From: Macrostomum lignano
Taxonomy: Eukaryota
Length of the DNA stretch: 64,000 nucleotides
Direction: 5' to 3'
Assembly: GCA_002269645.1 (NCBI GenBank)
Contig: NIVC01000087.1
Location: forward strand, 806,001 to 870,000
This document shows, piece after piece, positions 22,831 to 35,492 of the stretch. The notes beneath the pieces are model-generated. The model was given only the letters and a program-made list of their open reading frames with translations. It had not been told where the DNA came from and searched no databases. A program made the position numbers and the translations under genes. Positions within the stretch are counted from its first letter, which is position 1. Each line of letters opens with the position of its first letter.

Positions 22831-25169
22831 GAATAATGTTAACCGGCGATAAAATCGGTATTAACAGGTCTTCGATAGTTCAATGTCACAATACTCGTAA
22901 TTAATATCAGTCATACCTAGTTGTCTGAAATTGTGGGCACACGGTCTAAAATCTGTCTCAAATATAGACAAACTCAATGACATAAATGTGGAAGCATTGC
23001 GTTATTAAATTAAGCTATAGACCTAATCAAATAACCGATTGGCTTGATTGCATTTTCTGATATTTGAATGCAAGAAATATCTTCTATATTTTATAAGCTA
23101 ATCTCTTCTAGTAGTCCACCAGATTAAGTGGCTATGTAGCCGGGTGGCTGGGGTAGGACAGAATAGATAGCAAGCCTAGGCCTGTCAATATGCCGCTATC
23201 GTGTAGTTACGTGTATATTTTTCGGCTGGCTTGTAAACCTTTGCACGCAATGTTATTAATACCCATGCCATAGTTCTACTGGGCGCGCTTTCAGTAAAAG
23301 CCATGGGATGACAGACTTCCCCCTGAAATTTAGACTATATCTTTCTCCCTATATATGTGTGTATATTTTGTCCTTTCTATCATATAGCTCTCGTTCTTCC
23401 CTACCGCTATCTGTTCCCCTAAATGCAATGCCTATCTATCTGCACAATCTTTCACATATCCGAATTCTGATGCCTATTTTGAATTTCGCTTTCGGATTGT
23501 AATTCTGCTGTCTGTTTGTAGGGCTAAGGATAGTTGAGAAGTAGAAAAAAGCAGCAATAAAAAGTCCCCTAGGAAAGAGAAGCAGGCGGTCTAGACTACC
23601 TAGCTCAGTATTCTTACTCTCTAAATCCCTAATTCTATTAGATTTATTGTTTCTGTGACTGCTGCAGCTGTTCTCCCTTTAACTGTTTATTTGTTGCCAG
23701 GCAAGACGCCACACAGGCAGTCTATATAGAGAATACAGTATATGAGAGAAGACGGGGCGGCGGTGGCGGCTCCGACCGGGGGGGGGGTTATCTCGGCGCC
23801 ATCGCATCAGGGCGTCAGTCGGGCTAACCGGCGGGCGGCGACTGCGGGCTGCTCTAAGCTTAGCTGTTTAGCCGGCTCAAATTTGCATTTATTCGCATTC
23901 ACTTGCCCCGCTGGTGCCTATATATAACTGTCTGTGTCTGTCTCAGTTCAAGTAACTCTTCAAGCATTAAGCTGTCTCAACTGACTGACTGTTCAGTCTC
24001 TGCTATCTATGATCTGATCAGGCGCCGTTAGTCCGCATCTGTCTGGCTATTTCGATTCCTTGCTATCTCCACATTTTGTAGCGACTCCCGTGTTTTTCTC
24101 GTTCGTTGGTTGATTGCTTTGATTTTCGCTGGCGCCGGCGCAGGAGCCGTCGCCTTCCTTTTGATCTCTGCCTGCCTGCCTGCCTGCCTTTTTTGTCAAG
24201 CAATTATTCAATGCTTGCGTATTTCATTTCGATTAGTTTTAAAGCGGCTACGAGGTACCAGCATTTATGCAGCTATCCAAATTCAATTGTGCGGCAGCTA
24301 TCATCATTGCCTTCTTTCCGTTCTCATCGTCATTAACTCTAGAAGCGGCTGCTTAAATTAACCCCCTCCTCCTCCTGCCTGGCGCCTTCTCCATCATCCC
24401 GCGGCACTCAATTTCTCTAATTCATCATCATCCAGCCTCTCTCTGGCCCATCATCCACTGCCGCCCTTCCCTATGCAATGTTATAGAGAGAATGATCGCA
24501 CTATGGGTCCAAGGCCCCAGGTGTGTGTGTGCGTGTTTTTGTTTATCGATAATCCTTCATGTCCTTCATGTCGCTTTACATGCATGCTCGATTATGACAG
24601 CGTCTGTTTGCCCTGTCCAGACTCCGCCTCTCTTCTTTGGCTTTGTTGATCGAAAACTCTTGATCGAATGATTGAATATGGACCTTTTAACAGTGAGGTT
24701 CCGGTCGCTTAGCCAATATAGCCAGAAGCGTTTATTGGCTTTAATTCAATCAATCGATCAATCAATCAATTCGAGCATTTTCAATTCTGAGATGAAAGTC
24801 CCAGCTCTGTTTGCTTTGATATTGGCAACGCTTATATAACTATATGGCCCATGGGTCTTTCTGTTTGTTTGACCGAAGCTAAAATATTTGTAATATTCTA
24901 ATATGTACGGTAGTTTCAGTACCTTGGCTTGGCTATTCCCATTTATAGCCCTACCTGTCCATATAAACTAAGGCAGCGTTGTGCACAGTGGTATAAATAA
25001 ACAGAACTAGCTGCTTCCCGGTGGGTCCATCCTCTGCTTTTATCTGCGCTTTACAGCCGTGTTAAATGGTCAAATAGGCCGGGCAGGTCGGAAACTGTTA
25101 TAGCAATATGTTTTGTTTTATTTCATTTTACTGTTACTTACTATTACTACTGTTTTCTCTAATTTACAG

Positions 25170-25268
25170 ATCTGCACAGCCTGATTGACAGACTGAGTGA
25201 GCTGGAGCTGAAGCAGCCTCTGATTGCCCTGTCAGACAATGAAGTGTCCTCGTCTGGCTGCAGTAGCG
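25170..25268 (+). CDS. SMAD6/7: Inhibitory Smad exon 2 (99 nt, linker)
   Basis: Acceptor ttttctctaatttacag|AT and donor AGCG|GTAAGG; phase 1 to 1, open frame DLHSLIDRLSELELKQPLIALSDNEVSSSGCSS. Supported by splice signals, not homology. Confidence 0.7.
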
Positions 25269-25344
25269 GTAAGGCTTTTTTTATGCGATAACCTGCTGTA
25301 GCCGGCTGCATGAATCACAGATTGGGCCATTCACAAAATTCAGG

Positions 25345-25690
25345 CTATTATCCCTTCAGGCTGTTATCCCCTTCAGGCTGTTATCCCTTCAGGCTGTTAT
25401 CCCTTCAGGCTGTTATCCCCTTCAGACTGAGTGTTATCCCCTTCAGGCTGTTATCCCCTTCAGACTGAGTGTTATCCCTTTCAGGCTGTTATCCCTTCAG
25501 GCTGTCATCCCCCTCAGGCTGTTATCCCTTCAGGCTGTCATCCCCCTCAGGCTGTTATCTCTTCAGGCTGTTATCCCCTTCAGACTGAGTGTTATCCCTT
25601 TCAGGCTGTTATCCCCTTCAGACTGAGTGTTATCCCTTTCAGGCTGTTATCCCCCTTCAGGCTGTTATCCACTTTCAAGCCCTGTTATCC
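25345..25690. repeat. 16-17-bp minisatellite in Smad intron 2
   Basis: Unit ~TCAGGCTGTTATCCCT. Confidence 0.9.
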
Positions 25691-25715
25691 AGCTTGACCT
25701 CTGTTGAAACCGCAG

Positions 25716-26710
25716 ACTCGCTACTGTCGGCCAGCCGCAAAAGTTGGCTCACCACAACTAGCAGCGCCGCCAAGCAGCATCAGCAGCAGCATCGGGACAC
25801 TTGCAGCGGCGGCAGCAGCAGCGGCGGCGGAGGCTGCGGCAGTTGCAGCTGCTGCTCTTGCTGCTGCTGCTACTCCGCTTCGGTGTCCGATGCGCACTCG
25901 TCCACTGCCGCAGCGGCTTCCATGGCGGATGCCGAAACCGCAGGCAACGTTAATGCAGCCCTGTCAGAGCAGCGGCATCAGGCCTACTGGTGCGCAGTGG
26001 CCTACTGGGAAGGCCGCAGCCGCATCGGTCAGTTAGCCCGGGTTCGAGACCCCGTGTTCCGCGTCTGCCAGCGCGGTCCAGTAGCCGGAACCGGAAGCGA
26101 CAGTGTGATGTCGCTGGAGTCCCTGTCGGCCGCCGCTGCAACCGCCGCCGCTGCCGATCCCGCCGTCGTAGCCGTCGATCCCGATGGCGAATTGGCCAGA
26201 CAGGCCGCCAAGACTCGCGCCAAAATTGGCGCCGGGGTGGCGCTGGTACGGCGCCGACGTCGACGCCGACGACAGCACCGTCAGAAGCGATGCCAGTTCG
26301 AATTCGAAGACGACAGCGACGGGGACGTCAATAACGACGACGTTGGCGACGACGCGGCGACGGACGCCACGGAGCTGATGATCTTCAATCAATCCGACCA
26401 CGCCGTGTTTGTCCACTCGCCGACGTTGCAGCCTCTGTCGTTGTCATCCGCGGCGGCATCTAGCGCCGGGCCCTATCAGGCCGTGAAGCTGCCGCCTGGC
26501 TACTGCTTGAAGGCTTTCGACTCTTCAGCTGCCGGACTGCTGTGCCGGGCCCGCCGCCTCGGCCAGCTGAACCACCTGTGCTCCCCGGCCGCCGCCGACC
26601 CGTTCACTGTCCGCCTGAGCTTTGTGAAAGGCTTCGGAGCGGCCTATCAGAGACAGGACATCATCTATTGTCCCTGCTGGCTGGAGGTTATGCTCAGCTT
26701 CAATGCCTAG
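25716..26710 (+). CDS. SMAD6/7: Inhibitory Smad exon 3 (linker + MH2), stop TAG 26708-26710
   Basis: Acceptor aaaccgcag|AC (phase 1). MH2 motifs WCAVAYWE, KTRAKIGAGVAL, IFNQSDHAVFVHSPTL, PPGYCLKAFD, FTVRLSFVKGFG...YQRQDIIYCPCWLEV. No C-terminal SSxS, so I-Smad. The joined CDS is 1617 nt (538 aa). Confidence 0.95.
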
Positions 26711-26929
26711 TCTGTATCGCCTCTTGTATAGTCTCTGTCTAACTGTTGTACACTGACTTGTTTCGCTCCCGTTGAAAACGTTGAAGACTCGCTAAAAAGG
26801 TCGTTGCAAACAACTCGCTAGTGATTCGCGTAGTTAGAGGCGATTGTTGCGTCACAAGTGAGTTGTGCAATCGTATAAAAGAGGCGCGAAAGAGTCATCC
26901 AAGAGTCGTTTTGTAGGCGCTTAACTTTC

Positions 26930-27765
26930 ACTATGGGTCAGGTCATCGAAATGGGTCAGGTCATGGAAATGGGTCAGGTCATGGGAAATAGGTCAGGTCA
27001 TGGGAAATTGGTCAGGTCATGGAAATGGGTCAGTTCATGGAAATTGGTCAGGTCATGGAAATTGGTCAGGTCATGGAAATGGGTCAGGTCATCGAAATGG
27101 GTCAAGTCATGGAAATGGGTCAGTTCATGGAAATTGGTCAGGTCATCGAAATGGGTCAGGTCATCGAAATGGGTCAGGTCATCGAAATGGGTCAGGTCAT
27201 CGAAATGGGTCAGGTCATGGAAATTGGTCAGGTCATCGAAATGGGTCAAGTCATCGAAATGAGTCAGGTCATGGAAATTGGTCAGGTCATCGAAATGGGT
27301 CAGGTCATCGAAATGGGTCAGGTCATGGAAATTGGTCAGGTCATCGAAATGGGTCAAGTCATCGAAATGAGTCAGGTCATAGATTAATGTTGATTAATCC
27401 TGTTTAAATTGGTTAAGTCATCGAATGGGTCAGGTCATGGGAAATAGGTCAGGTCATGGAAATGGATCAGGTCATTGAAATGGGTCGGGTCATCGAAATA
27501 GGTCAGGTCATGGGAAATAGGTCAGGTCACGGAAAATGGGTCAGGTCATTGAAATGGGTCAAGTCATGGAAATTGGTCAGGTCATGGAAATGGGTCAAGT
27601 CATGGAAATGGGTCAAGTCATGGAAATGTGTCAGATCATGGAAAATGGGTCAGGTCATCGAAATGGAAATCGAAATGGGTCAGGTCATCGAAATGGGTCA
27701 GGTCATCGAAATGGGTCAGGTCATGGAAAATGGGTCAGGTCATCGAAATAGGTCAGGTCATGGGA
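26930..27765. repeat. 18-bp minisatellite downstream of the Smad stop
   Basis: Unit ~ATGGGTCAGGTCATCGAA. Confidence 0.95.
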
Positions 27766-28606
27766 AATTGACTAGTGGAAAAATGTGCACTCTTTGACGA
27801 CTTTTGGGCGACTTGTACCGTGACATCTCGTCGTTTCGGAATCGTCTGTGGAGTCACTTCTTTCGTGCAAGTGACTCTGGACGCTTCTTGGCCTGGGTAG
27901 CGTTTTCATCGGGGCTTGCGTGTAAATGCCGTGTTTGTCACCCTCTGTTACCTCAGTGTCTGTCTTAACGGCGCGCTAAAGTGCATGTACACAGGCACAT
28001 AGAATCACAGACGTTTTGCGTTTTTTGAGTCCTATTTTTATCATTGTATTTATGCTTGAACTCAAATTAATTGTCAGTTGTGTCCATCTTCATAATCTAT
28101 ACTCATGATGCACGCTTATATTAATTAGTATTTAAGCCTTTAGTTCACCTGGGTGGCCTTCAATTGTTATATGTTTTATTTTAACCTATCCGCTTGTCTG
28201 CCTAGCTGTATTTTATATTCCGAATAACTAATAACAGATCAACATTAAGTAAGGGCTTGTCGAAGCAGAAGCCAAATGATAATTATTAACAAAACTGATA
28301 GAACTGCAAGAAAATCAAAGGTTAATAACTGGTACGCTTAATGCATACATATCATATGCTTTTATTCTATTTTATTTGCGCAATCGATTATATACTTTGT
28401 AAAATGATTTTTATTTGGCCGCTATTGATGTATCACAAAATTAATAATAATATATCATTAAGTTTTTGATGTTCTACTTTTCTGGTCTCGTGTGTCACGC
28501 TCTTAGTTCATTGGTATATTTGACTTTTTCAATTCGTCATAAGAGTTTGACGAGCGAGTCAGTTTTTTAGATAAATTTGGGATTGGAATACCTGGAACTC
28601 GGGTTC

Positions 28607-29172
28607 ACCAGCTGATGGATGCTAGGGTAGCCCAGGTGAAGGTTCACCAGCTGATGGATGCTAGGGTAGCCCAGGTGAAGGTTTACCAGCTGATGGTTGC
28701 TAGGGTAGTAGTCAGGTTTACCAGCTGATGGTTGCTAGGGTAGTAGCAAGGTTTACCAGCTGATGGTTGCTAGGGTAGTAGCCAGGTTTACCAGCTGATG
28801 GTTGCTAGGGTAGTAGCCAGATTCACCAGCTGATGGTTGCTAGGGTAGCCCAGGTGAAGGTTTACCAGCTGATGGTTGCTAGGGTAGTAGTCAGGTTTAC
28901 CAGCTGATGGTTGCTAGGGTAGTAGTCAGGTTTACCAGCTGATGGTTGCTAGGGTAGCCCAGGTGAAGGTTTACCAGCTGATGGTTGCTAGGGTAGTAGT
29001 CAGGTTTACCAGCTGATGGTTGCTAGGGTAGTAGCCAGATTTACCAGCTGATGGTTGCTAGGGTAGTAGCCAGATTTACCAGCTGATGGTTGCTAGGGTA
29101 GTAGCCAGGTTTACCAGCTGATGGTTGCTAGGGTAGTAGCCAGGTTTACTAGCTGATAGTTGCTAGGGTAGC
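28607..29172. repeat. ~35-bp minisatellite
   Basis: Unit CCAGCTGATGGTTGCTAGGGTAGTAGCCAGGTTTA. Confidence 0.95.
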
Positions 29173-30159
29173 CAGGAAGGAGGTTCAAATGTCCGATTCT
29201 AGCTCGAGGATTACGACTTCAGTGTTGAAAATGCGAAATTTCAATGTTAACATGACTTATCAGTCGGATTTAGTAGTTTTATATAATATTTATCATCTAT
29301 TTATTACTAAATGTAGCTCGTATTATAGCATTTATCAGCGCACTTGTTACCTCTCTTAACTGCTGCTTCACCTATTTATTTTAATTGTGTCATCTTTGCT
29401 ACTGTTAGTAGCTTATCTATACTCTCTCTCACCTTGTACAGTTTTATTACTGCTGAATGATCGCACAGATGGAGCACAGCAACATGACCTTTGTGGAGCT
29501 ATTTATTCTATCACAGGTGTCAATCACCTCATTTGTACTATACTAAACTAACCCGGTCTTTTCTATACTCGAGCACGCGCCTTATGAACTTGTTGCTATG
29601 GAAACAGAATCATAAATATATGCAGTTCAGTATTTCCGCTAAATTGTGTTTTATAGCTTGCTAGGTTTATTATTACAATTTTTTAGGCCTGAGGGCTACT
29701 ACGACGTATTGCCCTAAGTGAATGGTGATGATTTATGATGCTCACTGACTCGCATAGTTGATGCCATTGATTTCCCTCATCATCATCCGTCATGCAGCTC
29801 AGTCATCGCGATTAAAACTTTATCTGTGCACTGTTCTTTATCAATGCATCTCGGGCCATGGTCTGCTTGACTTGGCCTTCTATTCTCAAGCGCTATTTAC
29901 CTGTATTTGTACACTTGTTATTATTTAGCTATATAAATATACTTTGATGTTATAACGTCTGTTTAAACTCGCTATATTGAATCGATTTTTTAAACCTTTT
30001 TTTTAATTATTCGTCTTTAATTGGACACTTAGTCTACTTATTAGAGTGAAAAAATCTACCATTAGCATCAGGATTGAAATTATACTCTTTCTTTTTTAAT
30101 AAGTAATTCTCTTATTTTGAGTGGGTAATTCCCTTCTTTATGTGAGAAATTCCTGCCTT

Positions 30160-30880
30160 CCTCCCTTTGGATGGAAACTTCATTTCTTTGAGTGAGAAAT
30201 TCCTTTCTTTGATTGAAAAATTCCCTTCTTTGAGTGAAAAATTCCCTTCTTTGAGTGAAAAATTCCCTTCTTTGAGTGAAAAATTCCCTTCTTTGAGTGA
30301 AAAATTCCCTTCTTTGAGTGAAAAACTCCCTTCTTTGAGTGAAAAACTCCCTTCTTTGAGTGAAAAGTTCCTTTATTTGAGTGAAAAATTCCCTTCTTTG
30401 AGTGAAAAATTCCCTTCTTTGAGTGAAAAATTCCCTTCTTTGAGTGAAAAATTCCCTTCTTTGAGTGAAAAACTCCCTTCTTTGAGTGAAAAACTCCCTT
30501 CTTTGAGTGAAAAGTTCCTTTATTTGAGTGAAAAATTCCCTTCTTTGAGTGAAAAATTCCCTTCTTTGAGTGAAAAACTCCCTTCTTTGAGTGAAAAACT
30601 CCCTTCTTTGAGTGAAAAGTTCCTTTATTTGAGTGAAAAATTCCCTTCTTTGAGTGAAAAATTCCCTTCTTTGAGTGAAAAATTCCCTTCTTTGAGTGAA
30701 AAACTCCCTTCTTTGAGTGAAAAACTCCCTTCTTTGAGTGAAAAACTCCCTTCTTTGAGTGAAAAATTCCCTTTGAGTGGGAAATTCCCTGTTTTTAGGT
30801 TGAATATTTCCTTCTTTGAGTAAGAAATTCCATTCTTTAAGTTAGAATTCCCTTCTTTGGATGGGAACTTCATTTCTTTG
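30160..30880. repeat. 21-bp minisatellite upstream of MFAP1
   Basis: Unit TTCCCTTCTTTGAGTGAAAAA. Confidence 0.95.
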
Positions 30881-31171
30881 AATAAGAAATTCCATTTTCG
30901 AAGAAAAAATTCTCTTGTCTGAGTAGGAAATTCCCTATATCACTTAGAGTGGGAAATTCTTCCCTCAACTAACGCTAATCCCAAATAGACAAGCCCGTCT
31001 TGCTATGGGGCTCAAAATTTCATCATTCACTGCACTAATCTACCATGAATTCTGATGCCATTTCACTGCCATTTCGTATTTCTGCTGAAGAAAATTTTGA
31101 ATCTCGCTAGAAAATCTAGACAGAGACAGCAGACAATCAACACATATTAATTGAAGCTACTAGGAGCAGCA

Positions 31172-32281
31172 ATGAGCTTCCGCAGAAATCTGGCCAATTG
31201 GCGCTCCCGAGTCCCGGTGCTCAGCACGGCCGGCGCGGTGCCAGTGCGCACAGAGAAGGGCGAGATGTACTTAGAAAAAGTGAAAGTGAAGCGCTACGTA
31301 GCCGGCAAGCGGCCGGACTTCGGCGACGGCGGCGCTGGCGGCGGCGGCGAGGACGACTCCGACTATGACGACGAGCAGCAGGGCGAGCAGCTGGACAGGC
31401 GCCCGCGAGCGTCCGCCGCCTCAGCCGACGACCCGTTCGTTCGTCCAAGGAGAGAACCGGTGGCGGCCGGACACCCGTCAGCCAGGCCGGCCGTGTCCGA
31501 GTTGACGGCCGATCCGCGCGATCGTCGGCTTCAACGCCTGATGGCGGCGGCCGGTTCGCGCGCCGGCCGACGCCGCCGCCGAGGAGCTGCAGCCGACGAA
31601 GACGACGACGAAGACGACTCGGAGGCCGGCGACGACGACGGGTCGGGCTACTCGGACGACTCCGACGAGGAGGAGCTGGACCGGCTCGAGCGGCACCGGC
31701 GCTACCGCGGCGAGGCCGTCGCCGACGTTGGCGGCTACGATCACCATCACCAGCAGCAGCAGCAACAGCAGAGAGGCTCCGCCGCTGCCGGCGGTGGCGC
31801 CAACGAAGACGACGAAGAGCAGCTGGACGAGGCCGAGCTGGAGCACCGGCGCGCGATGCTGCGGATGCGCGCCAAGCAGCGCGAAGTCGAAGAGGAACTG
31901 ATGGCCCGCCAGGAAGAGGGCGGCGCGGCCGGCAGCGGCAGCAGCGGCGCTGGCAGCGACGGAGACGAGGAATTAACTGAGGAGGAGTACACCAGCGACG
32001 AGGACGAGGCCCAGCCGCGGCTCAAGCCGGTGTTTGTCCGCCGGCGCGACCGGGTCACAGTCGGCCAGCAGGGCCCGGCCGTGCCCGCTAGCGCCAGCGA
32101 AGCTCCCACCGGCGGCGCGTCGGCCGTGGCATCAACGGAAACGCCGTCGTACGTGGCCGAGGAGCGGCGTTCGACCACGCTGCAACTCGTGCGGGCGGAG
32201 GCGCGCCAAGAGGCCGAGGAGGCGAAGGCCCTGGCTGCAGCGTTCGACAACGTCGATTCGGCCGACGAAGAGGACGACGAG
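31172..32281 (+). CDS. MFAP1: Microfibrillar-associated protein 1 (spliceosomal B-complex protein), exon 1
   Basis: STAGAVPVRTEKGEMYLEKVKVKRYVAGKRPDF and EEEYTSDEDEAQPRLKPVFVRRRDRVT are MFAP1 signatures; ends GAG|GTCTGA (phase 0). Confidence 0.93.
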
Positions 32282-32844
32282 GTCTGAGCGGCAGCTCATG
32301 CATTCAGTTCCATCTGTTGTTTTCTCTTCTCCTAGTAGATCTGGGAAGCTAGATTCTTCTCTTCTAGCAGATTGGAAAATTTTCTCTTCTAAAAGATCTT
32401 GGAAGAAATCTTTTTTCTTAGAATCGAATATCTGTGAAGAATAACCTCCGTGAGATCTAGGGAGATATACTAGACGAAAATATAGAAAAAAGTCCCTATC
32501 CTAAAAGATGTAGAGAGAGAGACGAAGTTCATCTTCAAAAATATCTTAAAAGACTTTTCTTACGTACAAGATCTGGAAACAATCCATATGCTAAAAATGG
32601 TCTTCTCTTCTCCTAAAAGAGGTGACAAGAATCTTTTCTAGTACAAGATCTGGAAACAATGTCTTCTAGAAGATGGGACAATGATTTTTTCTAATACAAG
32701 CTTTGGAAACAATCTCTTCTCCTAGAAGATGGGGCAAGAATCTTCTCTAGTACAGGATCTGGAAACAATCTCTTCTTTTGTGTGATGTCATACAAGATGC
32801 TCTTCTACAATGGTTTGCTATTTCAAACATTTCCCGCACCTCAG

Positions 32845-33342
32845 GTGGCCTACGAGGCGTGGAAGCTGCGCGAGCTGAAGCGGCTGAAGCGCGACAGAGA
32901 GGAACGCGAGGCCCGCCAGCGGGAGCAGGAGGAGCTGCAGCGGCTGCGCAACATGACGGAAGAGGAGCGGCTGGCCGAGCAGCGCAGACGGCCGAAGGTA
33001 ATCGACAACAAGGCGGACAAAGGCAAGTACAAGTATCTGCAGAAGTACTACCACCGCGGCGCTTTCTTCTTGGACGGCGACAACGACTTGTTGCGCCGCG
33101 ACGTCACCAAGCCAACGCTGGAGGACCACTTTGACAAAAGCGTGTTGCCCAAGGTTATGCAGGTGAAGAACTTTGGCCGGGCTGGCCGGACAAAGTACAC
33201 GCATCTGGTTGATCAGGATACAACCGGGACGGACAATCCTTGGGCGGTGGACAGCGCCCAGGCGCAGCGGTTTCATTCTGTCAAAGGCGGCGGCATGCGA
33301 GCGGTGCTGCAGCGGCCTAGCGCCAAGCGATCTGGCGTTTGA
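32845..33342 (+). CDS. MFAP1: MFAP1 exon 2, stop TGA 33340-33342
   Basis: Acceptor ttcccgcacctcag|GTG; YEAWKLRELKRLKRDREERE, KGKYKYLQKYYHRGAFF, DHFDKSVLPKVMQVKNFGRAGRTKYTHLVDQDTT. The joined product is 535 aa. Confidence 0.96.
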   Translation: MAYEAWKLRELKRLKRDREEREARQREQEELQRLRNMTEEERLAEQRRRPKVIDNKADKGKYKYLQKYYHRGAFFLDGDNDLLRRDVTKPTLEDHFDKSVLPKVMQVKNFGRAGRTKYTHLVDQDTTGTDNPWAVDSAQAQRFHSVKGGGMRAVLQRPSAKRSGV

Positions 33343-33434
33343 TTTGTTCTGCCATTCATTGCTAATCTGCTTCTGCTGGAGTGAGGATGGACTGCAGATT
33401 CTTGGGGCAGCAAATCAACTTTTGTAGTTCTATT

Positions 33435-34430
33435 ATGTCTCTTGTGTCCGTCTGGTTCCCTCTGAACTTGTCTCTTGTGTCCGTCTGGTTCCCTCTGAAC
33501 TCCTGTCTCTTGTGTCCGTCTGGTTCCCTCTGAACTCCTGTCTCTTGTGTCCGTCTGGTTCCCTCTGAACTCCTGTCTCTTGTGTCCGTCTGGTTCCCTC
33601 TGAACTCCTGTCACTTGTGTCCGTCTGGTTCCCTCTGAACTCCTGTCTCATGTGTCCGTCTGGTTCCCTCTGAATTCCTGTCTCTTGTGTCTGTCTGGTT
33701 CCCTCTGAACTCCTGTCTCTTGTGTCCGTCTGGTTCCCTCTGAACTCCTGTCACTTGTGTCCGTCTGGTTCCCTCTGAACTCCTGTCTCATGTGTCCGTC
33801 TGGTTCCCTCTGAATTCCTGTCTCTTGTGTCTGTCTGGTTCCCTCTGAACTCCTGTCTCTTGTGTCCGTCTGGTTCCCTCTGAATTCCTGTCTCTTGTGT
33901 CTGTCTGGTTCCCTCTGAACTCCTGTCTCTTGTGTCCGTCTGGTTCCCTCTGAATTCCTGTCTCTTGTGTCTGTCTGGTTCCCTCTGAACTCCTGTCTCT
34001 TGTGTCCGTCTGGTTCCCTCTGAACTCCTGTCTCTTGTGTCCGTCTGGTTCCCTCTGAATTCCTGTCTCTTGTGTCTGTCTGGTTCCCTCTGAACTCCTG
34101 TCTCTTGTGTCCGTCTGGTTCCCTCTGAACTCCTGTCTCTTGTGTCCGTCTGGTTCCCTCTGAACTCCTGTCTCTTGTGTCCGTCTGGTTTCCTCTGAAT
34201 TCCTGTCTCTTGTGTCTGTCTGGTTCCCTCTGAACTTGTCTCTTGTGTCCGTCTGGTTCCCTCTGAACCTGTCTCTTGTGTCTGTCTGGTCCTCTCTGAA
34301 TTCCTGTCTCTTGTGTCTGTCTGGTCCTCTCTGAACTCCTGTCTCTTGTGTCTGTCTGGTCCTCTCTGAACTCCTGTCTCTTGTGTCTGTCTGGTCCTCT
34401 CTGAACTCCTGTCTCTTGTGTCTGCCTGCT
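33435..34430. repeat. 35-bp pyrimidine-rich minisatellite 3' of MFAP1
   Basis: Unit TCCTGTCTCTTGTGTCCGTCTGGTTCCCTCTGAAC. Confidence 0.97.
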
Positions 34431-34869
34431 CCTGCCATGCCTCTTACAGAACATTTCTTAGAAATTTCCCCATGTCGGCAATCTCTTCTTCACCTCCTTA
34501 AAAAATAATTTTCTATTGTAATAAGCTTATTGCCTACTATTGCGACCTGTCTTGGTATATCTAGATGTGTACCTGCTGCTTCCTGCGGCCTCTGACACGG
34601 TTGGATCTTGATGTATAATAAAATATTTATGTACAGTCATGTACCGTCAAATACATTATAATGTCAACTACGTAAATTTCATATTTTGTCGTGTTTGTCA
34701 ACTTTCGCGCAATGTATGATGAAAACATGATGCATTATGCTATGCCAGTGTAACACTGTGGCACTGACAAATATTGTCGTTTATTAATCTTGTTTTATTC
34801 AACTCATCTTTTCTCTTGCAGTGCAGGTTAGTTGCAGAGTCTCGAGATTAGAAAGCAGGCTGCTGAAGA

Positions 34870-35455
34870 AACTATAGACAGATGCAGGCTGTTGCAGCAA
34901 CTCTATAGACAGGTGCAGGCTGTTGCAGCAACTCTATAGACAGGTGCAGGCTGTTGCAGCAACTCTATAGACAGGTGCAGGCTGTTGCAGCAACTCTATA
35001 GACAGGTGCAGGCTGTTGCAGCAACTCTATAGACAGGTGCAGGCTGTTGCAGCAACTCTATAGACAGGTGCAGGCTGTTGCAGCAACTCTATAGACAGGT
35101 GCAGGCTGTTGCAGCAACTCTATAGACAGGTGCAGGCTGTTGCACCAACTCTATAGACAGGTGCAGGCTGTTGCAGCAACTCTATAGACAGATGCAGGCT
35201 GTTGCAGCAACTCTATAGACAGGTGCAGGCTGTTGCAGCAACTCTATAGACAGGTGCAGGCAGTTGCAGCAACTCTATAGACAGGTGCAGGCTGTTGCAG
35301 CAACTCTATAGACAGGTGCAGGCTGTTGCAGCAACTCTATAGACAGGTGCAGGCAGTTGCACCAACTCTATAGACAGGTGCAGGCAGTTGCACCAACTCT
35401 ATAGACAGGTGCAGGCTGTTGCACCAACTCTATAGACAGGTGCAGGCTGTTGCAA
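34870..35455. repeat. 31-bp minisatellite immediately upstream of the RMT2-like ATG
   Basis: Unit CTCTATAGACAGGTGCAGGCTGTTGCAGCAA. Confidence 0.97.
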
Positions 35456-35492
35456 AGTGTCCCAAATTTCGCTTCGCTGCCCGCGCACCCGC

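Noticed and set aside
31221-33276. Antisense and alternative-frame ORFs over MFAP1, and similar ones over Smad exon 3 and RMT2
   Set aside because: Shadows of GC-rich coding sequence; the sense frames carry the recognisable homology.
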